In this document: positions 53,701 to 61,466 of the stretch, piece by piece
Layout: each line of letters starts with the position of its first letter
How positions within the stretch are numbered: position 1 is the first letter of the stretch
NCBI GenBank assembly: GCA_002890675.1
Contig: PEFW01000001.1
Coordinates: 39,610-103,609, forward strand
Direction: 5' to 3'
DNA from: Candidatus Methylaffinis lahnbergensis
Lineage (GTDB): Bacteria; Pseudomonadota; Alphaproteobacteria; Rhizobiales; Beijerinckiaceae
Length of the DNA: 64,000 nucleotides
The notes under the pieces: generated by a model
Seen by the model: the letters and a program-made list of their open reading frames with translations, nothing else
Database searches by the model: none
Told to the model about the DNA's origin: nothing
Made by a program: the position numbers and the translations under genes

Positions 53701-55637
53701 TCTTCGAGCCGCATCACGCCAGCGAGCGTCGCGGCGACGAATTCGCCGACGCTGTGGCCTAGCATGGCGGCGGGCTCAAACCCAAGACTTCGCCATAACG
53801 CCGCGACGGAGAAGTTGACGCTGAACAGAGCTGGTTGCGCGAGCGCGGTCGCCTGAAGTCGCGGCCCAACCTCCAGAGGCTCGCCGAAAAGGACCTTGCG
53901 CAGGTCGAGGCCAAGCATAGGTTCCAGAATCGAAGCACATTGGTCGATCGTGCGCGCGACAACCGGATAACGCTGGTAAAGGCCCTGACCCATGCCAGGA
54001 TATTGCGCGCCCTGGCCAGGAAACAGGAATGCAAGCTTTGGCGGGGACGCGGCCGCCGTCTCGGCTTTGCCGGAGCCGCCGAGCCTCTCGATCAAGCCGC
54101 GCCTGTCCTTGACGACAGCGGCGAACCGCCTGGCGAAACCGCGCCTCCCGGTTTGCAAGGTGAAGGCGATGTCGCCGATGCTCTGTTCCGCGTGCGCTTC
54201 GACATGTGCCGCGAGGCGGCCGCGGGCTTCCGCCAAGGCATTGTCGTCGCGGGCCGACAGGACAACGAGATGCGCGGCCTCGGCATCGGGGACGGCAGCG
54301 GCGGCGTCCGGGAGCGGCGCTTCCTCGACGATCAGATGGACATTGGTTCCGCCTACGCCCGCGGCATTGACGCCTGCAATGCGCGGTTTGGCGCCGCGCG
54401 GCCAAGGCCGCAACTCGGCATTGACGAAGAACGGGCTCTCCTCAAGGCCGAGTTTCGGGTTTGGGGTCTTGAAATGAAGCGTCGCAGGCAGGCATTCATG
54501 TTCGAGCGCAAGAATGGTTTTGATTAACGCGGCGGCGCCGGACGCGATATCGAGATGGCCGATGTTCGTTTTAACCGTGCCGATCGCGCAAAATCCCTTG
54601 CGATCGGTGGTCGCGCCAAACGCCTTGGCGAGGCCGGCGATTTCAATCGGATCGCCAAGCGGGGTCGCGGTGCCGTGGCACTCCACATAGGAAATGCAGT
54701 CGGCGCTGATATCCGCCACGGCATGGGCGAGGGCGATTGCCTTGGCCTGGCCATCGCTGCTCGGGGCCGTATAGCCGACTTTCCTGGCCCCGTCGTTGTT
54801 GACGGCGCCGCCCCGAATGACCGCGCGGATCGGGTCGCCGTCGGCCAAGGCGGCGTCGAGACGCTTCAACAGAACCACGCCGGCGCCGCTGCCGAAAACC
54901 GTCCCCGCCGCTTCGGCGTCGAAGGTGCGGCAATGACCATCCGGCGAAACCATGCCGCCTTCCTGATAGAGATAGCCGCGCTTCTGCGGGAAGGTGATCG
55001 ATACGCCACCCGCAAGCGCCATATCGGCGCGATAATCGAGAAGGCATTGGCACGCTTCCGCGACGGCAAGAAGCGAGGTCGAACACGCCGATTGCACGGT
55101 AAAGGCGGGACCCCGCAGATCGAGCTTGTAAGCGGTCCGCGTCGCGAGGAAATCCGCTCCATTGCCGACGAGCGTCGGAAATTCGCCGACTTGATAATTG
55201 CCGGTCATATTTTCGAGCCGCTGCCGGTCGTTCAGCAAATTGTAGAGAAGGTAGGTGTTGAAGCTGCTCCCGGCGTAGACCGCGATCTCCCCGGGAAAAA
55301 CAGCCGGGTCGTAACCGGCGCTTTCCAGAGCCTCCCAGGCGATTTCGAGAAAGACTCTTTGTTGTGGGTCGGTCAGCTCCGCCTCGCGCGGCAGGAAGTT
55401 GAAGAAGCCGGCGTCAAACAGCTCGACTCCCTCCAAAATCGATCTTGCGCGCACATAGCCAGGCTGGTTTTGCACCGAACGGCCGTAGGCGTCTTCCAGC
55501 TCTTCCGGAGGAAAATGGGTGATGGACTCCACGCCGCGCCGGAGATTGTCCCAAAATGCCTCGAGCGATGGCGCGCCGGGGAAGCGGCCGGCCATGCCGA
55601 TCACGGCTATCGCGGGAAGGGTATCTTGGGCGGACAT
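47757..55637 (-). CDS. Hybrid PKS-NRPS: KS-AT-ACP-AMT-C-A-T (2626 aa)
   Basis: KS QSACSTSL / HGTATPLGDPIE / NIGHL; AT GHSVGE and HAFHS; ACP LGFDSL; AMT FDEIVTGFR / TYGKVAGGG; C HHIVCDGWS; A FTSGSTGRPKG, YGPTE, YRTGD, NGKIDRK; T LGADSI. ATG55637 overlaps the upstream TGA. Confidence 0.95.
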   Translation of the reverse strand: MSAQDTLPAIAVIGMAGRFPGAPSLEAFWDNLRRGVESITHFPPEELEDAYGRSVQNQPGYVRARSILEGVELFDAGFFNFLPREAELTDPQQRVFLEIAWEALESAGYDPAVFPGEIAVYAGSSFNTYLLYNLLNDRQRLENMTGNYQVGEFPTLVGNGADFLATRTAYKLDLRGPAFTVQSACSTSLLAVAEACQCLLDYRADMALAGGVSITFPQKRGYLYQEGGMVSPDGHCRTFDAEAAGTVFGSGAGVVLLKRLDAALADGDPIRAVIRGGAVNNDGARKVGYTAPSSDGQAKAIALAHAVADISADCISYVECHGTATPLGDPIEIAGLAKAFGATTDRKGFCAIGTVKTNIGHLDIASGAAALIKTILALEHECLPATLHFKTPNPKLGLEESPFFVNAELRPWPRGAKPRIAGVNAAGVGGTNVHLIVEEAPLPDAAAAVPDAEAAHLVVLSARDDNALAEARGRLAAHVEAHAEQSIGDIAFTLQTGRRGFARRFAAVVKDRRGLIERLGGSGKAETAAASPPKLAFLFPGQGAQYPGMGQGLYQRYPVVARTIDQCASILEPMLGLDLRKVLFGEPLEVGPRLQATALAQPALFSVNFSVAALWRSLGFEPAAMLGHSVGEFVAATLAGVMRLEDALEVVAARGAMMQELPEGAMLAVMLAEPELKACLPGDLSIAAVNASAVCVVSGPHPAIDAFEAKLTARGVGWRRLRTSHAFHSAMVDPVIEPLAEILARIPLKPPSIPYVSTMSGTWITAGQATDPLYWARHCRETVRYAAALACLAEQLSPILIEVGPGRTLTSLARQNGAMRGAPLIGASLPDASEERDSDAVFLDTLGRLWAAGAAPVWHALHEGAPRRRVVLPTYPLQRKRYFIDSTSASPAAVISFEGSHITAMANETLQPTPTAQIAQQPEMPDRQAAIRAELAALLENLSGIDVAIAPRGTSFLELGFDSLFLTQASQAIKTRFNVAVSFRQMMGELGTVDAVAEHLNQTATEFEPEPAMAATSQVDAGSTLPPSAASPAPRFAAASLPGQGIEQVMAAQLASMSDLINRQLDTLRQIAGAAPLVTAAAAAAPAVRQPPQAAAPLQAKSLLEKKPGEAFGPFKPFSQARDGGLDAGQRRFVADLIERYTTRTRGSKDMTQASRAVLADPRVASGFDPEWKEIVYPIVTVRSEGSKLWDVDGNIYIDLLNGFGQTAFGHAPEFVREALIAQIDQGFELGPQTPLAGEVAKLLCDLTGNERMTFCNTGSEAVMAAMRIARTVTGRNRIVYFAGDYHGQFDEVLARGGVREGVARVFPIAPGIPAESIANITVLDYATPESLAWLEQHVHELAAVLVEPVQSRRPGFRPRQFLEALRDLTAKAGTALIFDEIVTGFRVHPGGVQALFGIRADLVTYGKVAGGGMPIGILAGKAAFMDALDGGMWQYGDDSYPTVGVTFFAGTFVRHPLTLAATAAVLKHLKAAGPSLLENLSERTGRLVDDLDAVFERHGMPAEIHHFGSIFFVKFPAEYHFASLFYYLMREQGIHIREGFPCFLTTAHDDADLAKIVAVFDAASAQMMAAGLFGRTADSAGARQGQLTESQMEIWLSAQLGDAASCAFNESVTLDLRGKLDTHALRKAARDLVQRHEALRIRFAPVGDGFTVMPAAPLAFTIARGEGEPPDTHLADVIENEASTPFDLVNGPLIRFTLVPDHGQDRHMLILTAHHIVCDGWSMNILLEELGALYSARRSGAAASLPQAHSFVDYAARHGAVQPEAEAYWLQQFAQPPEPLALPLDRPRPALKSFRGDTLRGTIDASLYERVKQAAARNGCTLFAVLLTAYQLLLARLSGQTGVVAGIPTAGQSLHGEGPLVGHCVNFLPLRGEFPNGVTFLEAARKTQQLLLDAADHQSYTFGSLVRALDIPREINRLPLIEAQFNLERIGQNLPFQDLAVSTDANPKRFVNFDLFFNVVAEDSGLIIDCDYSTDLFDSSTIARWIGHYRTLLEAVAGDMDREALRLPMLTRAEENTLRSALAGPDYPIPEFAIHELIDLQAAATPDAVAVRFEDTTLTYRELIMRADRVAWRLLSAGVARETPVAIYLDRSAELVVAMLAVLKAGGAYVPLDPIYPPARIHAIVSEADVRIALTSATLEDGIKAAIPVCIGIGETSADLGEEQLPPLPRVRQEDLAYRIFTSGSTGRPKGIDIEHRPVVNLLTAMRQSPGIGAADVFLAVTTPCFDIAALEIFLPLTAGAELAIASRADVMDPFSLAALIIRTGTTMMQATPALWRLLLEAGLNPKGLKILCGGETLDRKLAQDLGSGELWNMYGPTETTIWSLAERQNGGAIDFGRPIANTRMYILDAAGNTAAIGAAGELCIAGAGLARGYHKNQALTKQSFTENPFSSGTNGRLYRTGDRARYLANGRFELLGRADSQIKLRGFRIELGDVEDALRRVSGRPETAAGLHGDDLVGYIAAPDGTIESVGGLRTKLREELPDYMVPAQILRLDALPRTQNGKIDRKALPRPDPAQALPERVIAPPQTPLEAKLAAIWGEVLRTSEIGIHDNFFALGADSIDLFRIAARMREQGLDLGAAQLMRHPTIAELARAANDLPEESMLAPVNTAPSLQSFRRRSGASR

Positions 55638-57523
55638 CAATTGCCTGTGGCTGGGTTTGGGTGGACGCTGGGCGAGCGGGCGCGGTTCACGCGCGCGCGC
55701 CGTTGGCGGGCCGCATTCGCCGCGACACCAGCGGTGGCGTCGCCCCTTTGCGCGCCCGATAGCCGGCCATGCAGAAGCCGGATCGTCGGCAGATCGAATA
55801 AATCCTGGATCGAAATCTGACCCGGGAAAAGCCGCTCGATGTCGGCATGCACGCCAAGGAGCTGGAGCGAGCCGCCGCCGAGGTCGAAAAAGTTTTGGTC
55901 GACATCGACGGTTTCCAGCTGAAGGTGACGGCGCCACAAATCGATCAGCATGGCCTCGACCGGGGTGGTGAACTGGGTGTTCGAAGGGTTTTGTGCCCGC
56001 GCATCCGCTGCCTGGCGACTGAGGGCGAGGCGGTCGATCTTACCCGTCGAGGTTAGCGGAAAAGCATCGACCGTCTCCAGCCGCGCCGGGATCATGTGCG
56101 GCGGCAAATAGCGGTTGGCGGCCTCACGCAAGGCGGCGCTGGAAAGGGAAGCGCCAGGGAGCGGAACAACGAAGGCGACCAGATGTTTGGCGCCATTCGT
56201 CAAGGCGCAAGCGACGACGGCAATGTCGGTGACCGGGAGGTGGCGCCGCAGCACGTTTTCGACATGCTCGGGCTCGATCCTGCGGCCGTTCACCTTGATC
56301 TGATTGTCCATCCGTCCGAGAAAATGCAGCAAGCCTGTCTCGTCGCGCCGGACGAGATCGCCGGTGCGATAGAGCCGTTGCGGAGGATCTTGCGCGTTAG
56401 GGTCCGCGATGAATTTTTGTTGCGTGAGATCGGGGGCGTTAAGATAACCGAGCGCCAGCCCCCCTCCCCCGACATAGAGCTGCCCCGCCAAGCCTTCGGG
56501 GACGGGGCGCATTTCGTCATCGAGAATCCGCAAAATCGTGCCCGCGATGGGCCGACCGATGGGGACCGCCGCATCGGCCGGCAAATCCGGCGGCGCGGTG
56601 AAGGTCGTGGTGAAGGTCGTGTTCTCGGTTGGCCCGTAAACCGAGATGAAATGACCCGATTTAAGGAGCTGCGCCGCCTTGGCGACATGCGCCGGAGACA
56701 TGACATCGCCGCCCGAGACTAGATAGCGAAGCTCGCGCAGAGGAGCGGGACGCTGGTCGATCATAAGGTTGAAGAGGCCGCTGGTTAGAAACAGGGTCGT
56801 TACGCCTTGTTCCTTGATCGCGGCGGCGATCGCGTCGAGGCTGAGCAAGCCTGCTTCTGGAATCACCAGCTCGGCGCCATTGAGCAGCGCGCCCCAAATT
56901 TCGAAAATCGATGCGTCGAACGTCAAGGGCGATGCTTGCAGGAAGATTTGATCGTCCGAAAACCGCATATAGCCGGGATTTTTGACCAGCCGGACAATGG
57001 CGCGATGCGGGATAACGACGCCTTTCGGCTCCCCCGTGGAGCCGGAGGTGAACATGACGCAGGCGGGGTCCGAGCCCGCGACTTTCGCGGCCTCGCCGCG
57101 GCGGCCGGCGTGCCCCGCCAATGGCGCGGCGTCAACATCGATCACCGGCACCGCCCCGGTGAGTTGGGGAAAGCGCTTCAACGTTGCACCGTTCGATATG
57201 ACACACGACAATTTGTGCCGCTCTATGATATCGAGAATGCCTTGTGGCGGGCTGCTCGGGTCGAGCGGCACGAACGCCCCGCCTGCTTTCAAAACCGCCA
57301 GGAAGGATGTGATGGTGGATAAGGAGCGGTCGAGGAGGATGCCGGCGAGCGCGCCTTTTTCAATTTCAGCGGCGGTGAGCCGGTCGCGGAGGGCATCGGT
57401 CCGGGCGTCGAGGCCGGCGTAGGTCAACCGTTGCGTGCCACTCCTGAGGGCGAAAAACCCAGGTGTTTCCGTGGTCTGAATTTGAAACCATTGGGGCACG
57501 TTGTCGAAATCGTTTCGGAACAT
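55637..57523 (-). CDS. NRPS loading didomain A-T
   Basis: LTYAGLD, MFTSGSTGEPKGV, FDASIFE, YGPTENT, YRTGD, TGKIDR; T motif FFDLGGGSL. GAGG precedes ATG57523. Confidence 0.93.
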   Translation of the reverse strand: MFRNDFDNVPQWFQIQTTETPGFFALRSGTQRLTYAGLDARTDALRDRLTAAEIEKGALAGILLDRSLSTITSFLAVLKAGGAFVPLDPSSPPQGILDIIERHKLSCVISNGATLKRFPQLTGAVPVIDVDAAPLAGHAGRRGEAAKVAGSDPACVMFTSGSTGEPKGVVIPHRAIVRLVKNPGYMRFSDDQIFLQASPLTFDASIFEIWGALLNGAELVIPEAGLLSLDAIAAAIKEQGVTTLFLTSGLFNLMIDQRPAPLRELRYLVSGGDVMSPAHVAKAAQLLKSGHFISVYGPTENTTFTTTFTAPPDLPADAAVPIGRPIAGTILRILDDEMRPVPEGLAGQLYVGGGGLALGYLNAPDLTQQKFIADPNAQDPPQRLYRTGDLVRRDETGLLHFLGRMDNQIKVNGRRIEPEHVENVLRRHLPVTDIAVVACALTNGAKHLVAFVVPLPGASLSSAALREAANRYLPPHMIPARLETVDAFPLTSTGKIDRLALSRQAADARAQNPSNTQFTTPVEAMLIDLWRRHLQLETVDVDQNFFDLGGGSLQLLGVHADIERLFPGQISIQDLFDLPTIRLLHGRLSGAQRGDATAGVAANAARQRRARVNRARSPSVHPNPATGN

Positions 57524-57630
57524 CGAATCGCCTCAAAAATACGCCGCCTTCAAAAAACGATTGTCATCCTACACTAAGGCAGGAGGTTCTTGTACCCTCA
57601 AATGGGCTAGGAGGTCACGAAAATTGACTG

Positions 57631-57663
57631 TTAATTTCATTAATACTTTTAATGTATGGTTAA
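57631..57663 (-). promoter_or_regulatory. CtrA-type box TTAA-N7-TTAA within four phased TTAA half-sites, in the AT-rich NRPS promoter
   Basis: TTAA at 57631, 57640, 57649 and 57660. The minus strand of 57649-57663 reads TTAACCATACATTAA. Confidence 0.6.
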
Positions 57664-57790
57664 TTTCAATACTCATTTCAATATTTATCGCGTTAGAATT
57701 GAGGCTAGTATTGCGGTTTTTTATTTTTTAGAAGTTATGAATCTATATAAAAGTCAAGATGGAAATATATTTTATATATGCTATTATTAG

Positions 57791-58109
57791 GTAGCACATC
57801 AAATGTCCGCTTCTGAGTTTTCTGTTTCTCTGTGGGCGGCGTTGGCAAGCGATCGATGATCCTTTCCGCCCCAAGCGCCGCAAAAGCGTCGCGCAACCGG
57901 CGAAAATGTCGTTCGCTCATCCCTCAGCTCTGCGCTTGACGGAACCTTTGGCCAGCTCCCCCAATAGCTCGGACGCATCCACGCCGCTCAGCCGTATCGC
58001 CCGATGCACCGAAATCACATCCGTAATCAAGGACATGCGAACCTCCGGCGTCATCCGATCCTCCGGTCCAAAACCGGATGCCACCTAACCCGGACATATC
58101 ATTTGCTAC
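57791..58109 (-). mobile_element. Internally deleted IS (IS481-related / IS1202-type) retaining both IRs and an HTH fragment
   Basis: GTAGCACATCAAATGTCCG (57791-57809) and CGGACATATCATTTGCTAC (58091-58109) are 16/19 complementary. Inside: ASELLG...MSERHFRRLRDAFAALGAERIIDR. Confidence 0.7.
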
Positions 58110-58276
58110 GGATAAGCCGCCGGATGGTTCACAATCGTGACGGCATGAATTAAAGTCAAGCGTGTCAAGCCGTCATTCCGCCTGAAACGGGCCAATACCT
58201 TCGCATGAATCGGGCCAGTAGCGGCTAGAATGTTTCAAATAGACAGGAACCTTTCGTGGCGCTGGCGATAGAATCA

Positions 58277-58789
58277 ATGAAAACAACGGGCGCGCGGCGC
58301 CTTTGCGAGCTGACTCTCGCCAGTATCTGGCTCTTGGCGAGCGGCCCGGGCGCCGTTTGCCAAGGCGTCGTGAAATCCAAGCATGGCGATTGGGAACTGC
58401 GCTGCGAGACGCCGCCTGGCGCCGCAAAGGAGCAATGCGCGCTCTTGCAGAGCGTTGCCGCCGAAGATAAGCCAAACATCAATCTGACGGTTATCGTTCT
58501 CAAGACAGCGGATGGGAAGAGCCGCCTTTTGCGGGTCATTGCGCCGCTTGGGGTGCTGCTTCCTTCCGGATTGGGGCTTAAGATCGACGATACCGATGTT
58601 GGACGCGCTGGTTTCGTCCGCTGTCTTCCGACCGGATGCGTAGCCGAGGTGGTCATGGAGGAAAAATTGATCGACCAAATGAAAACCGGCCAGAAGGCCG
58701 TCTTCATCATTTTTCAGACTCCGGAAGAAGGAACCGGCATACCGCTAGCCCTGGCCGGGTTTAAGGAAGGGTACGATGCCTTGCCGTGA
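58277..58789 (+). CDS. Invasion-associated locus B (IalB) family protein
   Basis: HGDWELRCETP...EQCALLQSV, APLGVLLPSGLGLKID, FVRCLPTGC. Confidence 0.9.
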   Translation: MKTTGARRLCELTLASIWLLASGPGAVCQGVVKSKHGDWELRCETPPGAAKEQCALLQSVAAEDKPNINLTVIVLKTADGKSRLLRVIAPLGVLLPSGLGLKIDDTDVGRAGFVRCLPTGCVAEVVMEEKLIDQMKTGQKAVFIIFQTPEEGTGIPLALAGFKEGYDALP

Positions 58790-58829
58790 ATTCGGCCAAA
58801 ATTCGAGGTGGCGGCCAGTGCCGATCCGC

Positions 58830-59453
58830 ATGGCAAAATCCATCCTGGCCGCGCCGGTAGTGTTGGGACTGGCTGGCTGCGGCGGCCATCTTGGCACTTT
58901 CTTCGACACGCCCGAACCCCAAGGGGGCAACTCTCAGGTGCTCGCTATGTTGCTGGGATTTAAAAGGAACGACGCTCCGGCGGCGCCTGGAACACAGGTT
59001 CGGCATATTTTCTGCCCCGAAGTCCTTATTCTCGAAGGCACCGCGGCAAGCCAGGCTTATGCCGGAACGCCCCCTTCAAGCGCCAATCTCCGCTATCAGT
59101 ACGCGCTCACCGATACCGCGCGGGAATGCTCGCTTGATGGCGATCAACTCGCGATCAAAATTGGTGTCGCGGGCAGAGTGCTGCTCGGACCCAAGGGCAG
59201 CCCCGGCGGTTTTAGCGTGCCGGTGCGCATGGCCGTTCTTCACGAACGCGATAATCAGCCTATCGTAAGCAAGCTTTATCGCGCCACGGTGACGGTGGCC
59301 GCCAGCGAGACCCAAGCGGACTTCACCATCGTCTCCGAACCGCTCCGCGTGCCCTTCGTCCAGGACCACGCCGAAGACGAATATACGATAAAGGTTGGCA
59401 TCGACGAAGGCGCGGGCACCGATAAGCCCGCCGGCAAAGGTGCCAAACCTTGA
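58830..59453 (+). CDS. Conserved Hyphomicrobiales lipoprotein
   Basis: Lipobox LGLAGC; CPEVLILEGTA...LRYQYALTDTARECS...GVAGRVLLGP. Confidence 0.75.
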   Translation: MAKSILAAPVVLGLAGCGGHLGTFFDTPEPQGGNSQVLAMLLGFKRNDAPAAPGTQVRHIFCPEVLILEGTAASQAYAGTPPSSANLRYQYALTDTARECSLDGDQLAIKIGVAGRVLLGPKGSPGGFSVPVRMAVLHERDNQPIVSKLYRATVTVAASETQADFTIVSEPLRVPFVQDHAEDEYTIKVGIDEGAGTDKPAGKGAKP

Positions 59454-59511
59454 CCGCGCGTGACGCTAACCATCCGGTCGCCTGTGGCGGTGCGAACTTA
59501 CGCTAAGCGCA

Positions 59512-59539
59512 TTGACAAAAAGGCCTCGCTCACTAACTC
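59512..59539 (+). promoter_or_regulatory. Probable sigma70 promoter of the gcv leader
   Basis: TTGACA (59512-59517), 16 nt, TAACTC, immediately upstream of the riboswitch. Confidence 0.55.
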
Positions 59540-59552
59540 TTAAAGCGTCAGA

Positions 59553-59772
59553 TCAGAAGACCCCGGCGGAAGAGACTGGCTCGCGCACGATGTGCCGAGC
59601 TGGCGCCGAAGGCGCAACCGCCCCGGAAACGCTCAGGCCCACGGACCGCTCGGGGATGACACTCTGGAAAGCGATTTTCCATTTCTAAATGGAAGATCCA
59701 CCGAAGGAGGTAACTTCGCGCGAAATTATTATCGAGCGAGGGAAATCTTTCAGGTTCCGGGACAGAGGGGGC
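59553..59772 (+). ncRNA. Tandem glycine riboswitch
   Basis: Aptamer 1: CGGAAGAGA...CGCCGAAGGCGCAA...CGCTCAGG. Aptamer 2: CTCTGGAAAG...CACCGAAGGAG...CTTTCAGG...GACAGAGG. Directly upstream of gcvT. Confidence 0.92.
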
Positions 59773-59833
59773 GAGGTGCGGGGATTTTAGGCCGCCGCGC
59801 GCACGCCGCTATTTTGTCCGGCCGGGTGTTTTG

Positions 59834-61000
59834 ATGTCTGAGTGCCAAGCCACCGCCGTTGCCGATGCCGATCGCGATCTCGCCTGCACGCCGCTTTACG
59901 ATTTGCATCGCTCGCTCGGCGCCCGCATGACCGGTTTTGCCGGCTATGCCATGCCCGTGCAGTATCCCTCGGGCATTATCAGCGAACATCTTCATACACG
60001 GGCGCGGGCGGGGCTGTTCGATGTGTCGCACATGGGTCAGGCGATTCTTGCCGGACCGCATGCCGCGCGCCGTCTGGAGAAGCTGGTGCCAGGCGACATC
60101 GCCGCACTTGCACCGGGGCAGATGCGCTACGCCCAATTCCTCGACGCGCATGGCCATATTCTCGACGATCTGATGGTGACACGGCTCGATGACGTAGGCG
60201 GGCGCGAGCGCTTGTTTCTAGTGGTTAACGCCGCCACCAAAAGAGCCGATTTCGCCCATCTGGCCGCCGAGCTGCCGGATTGCGCGCTGACCGTTCTCGA
60301 GGACCGCGCCTTGCTCGCCTTGCAAGGACCGAAGGCCGCGGAGGTCTTGCGCCGGCACGTTTCGTCCGCCGCGGCCGAAAGCATTGCGGTGATGCCATTC
60401 ATGGCCGTCAAAAGCTTCGTTCGGGAGGGCAACGCACTCAACATTTCGCGCTCCGGCTATACCGGAGAGGACGGTTTCGAGATTTCGATTCCGGCGACGG
60501 CCGCCTCTGTTTTTGCAGAAGAACTGCTTGCCGAGGCGGATGTTCGCCCGATTGGCCTCGGCGCCCGCGATTCGCTCAGGCTTGAGGCAGGCCTCTGCCT
60601 TTATGGGCATGACATCGATCGCACAACCGATCCGATAGAAGCGGGGCTCACATGGTCGATCTCGAAACGCCGCCGTGCCGAGGGCGGGTTTGTTGGCTAT
60701 GAGCACGTGAAGCGGGCGATCGATCATGGTCCGTCGCGCTTGCGCGTGGGGTTTATGCTCGCCGGCAAGGCGCCCGCGCGAGAAGGCTCGGAGATCGTGA
60801 CGCTTGACGGTCAAACCATCGGACGGGTTACGTCGGGGGGCTTCGCGCCGAGCCTCGGGCGACCGGTCGCGATGGGCTATGCCGATACCGCTTACGCCGC
60901 GCCCGGCACCCAAGTTTGCTTGATCGCGCGCGGCAAGCCGCTTGCCGCAAAAATCGTGTCTCTGCCCTTTGTACCGCACCACTACTTTAGGGGAGCTTGA
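59834..61000 (+). CDS. gcvT: Glycine cleavage system aminomethyltransferase T
   Basis: FAGYAMPVQY, GLFDVSHMGQ, RSGYTGEDGFEI, GLGARDSLRLEAGLCLYG. Confidence 0.97.
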   Translation: MSECQATAVADADRDLACTPLYDLHRSLGARMTGFAGYAMPVQYPSGIISEHLHTRARAGLFDVSHMGQAILAGPHAARRLEKLVPGDIAALAPGQMRYAQFLDAHGHILDDLMVTRLDDVGGRERLFLVVNAATKRADFAHLAAELPDCALTVLEDRALLALQGPKAAEVLRRHVSSAAAESIAVMPFMAVKSFVREGNALNISRSGYTGEDGFEISIPATAASVFAEELLAEADVRPIGLGARDSLRLEAGLCLYGHDIDRTTDPIEAGLTWSISKRRRAEGGFVGYEHVKRAIDHGPSRLRVGFMLAGKAPAREGSEIVTLDGQTIGRVTSGGFAPSLGRPVAMGYADTAYAAPGTQVCLIARGKPLAAKIVSLPFVPHHYFRGA

Positions 61001-61374
61001 TGACCACGCGCTACACCAAAAGCCATGAATATGTCCGCGTCGAAGCCGAGACGGGCGTCGTCGGGATCACCGATTATGCGCAAGCCCAATTGGGCGATGT
61101 TGTTTTTGTCGAACTCCCGCCGGCCGGCCAGAACGTGTCGAAGGGCGCCGGGGTCGCCACCGTCGAAAGCGTCAAGGCAGCAAGCGAAGTCAACGCGCCA
61201 GTGTCGGGCGAAGTCGTAGAGGTCAATAGCGCGCTTGCCGATTCGCCTGGCCTCGTCAACGAGGATCCTACCGGCAAGGGCTGGTTTCTCAAAATCAAGC
61301 TGAGCGATGCCGTCGAACTCGAAAGCCTGATGGACGAGGATACCTATCGCGAGTTTCTGAAGGCCGTTTCCTAG
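61000..61374 (+). CDS. gcvH: Glycine cleavage system H protein
   Basis: GITDYAQAQLGDVVFVELP, VESVKAASEV (lipoyl Lys); TGATG overlap with gcvT. Confidence 0.97.
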   Translation: MTTRYTKSHEYVRVEAETGVVGITDYAQAQLGDVVFVELPPAGQNVSKGAGVATVESVKAASEVNAPVSGEVVEVNSALADSPGLVNEDPTGKGWFLKIKLSDAVELESLMDEDTYREFLKAVS

Positions 61375-61466
61375 CGATGACAGTTTGAACTTGAATCGCG
61401 CGCGGTCCAACCGAAGTTCCTGCCTTATGCGGGCGCCGCGTCGCACCACGATCGAGAGAAGCAAAG

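Noticed and set aside
55638-55937. N-terminal extensions in the ORF track (PKS 55937, clpB 32769, htpG 37353, transposase 18432, asd 41264, mtdB 41275, pdxY 38248)
   Set aside because: They overlap neighbouring genes or IRs and lack RBSs. Downstream starts match the family N-termini.
55637-59772. Functional link between the Gly-specific NRPS module and the nearby glycine riboswitch/gcv operon
   Set aside because: They are separated by an IS remnant and two unrelated core genes and are divergently oriented; proximity alone is not evidence.
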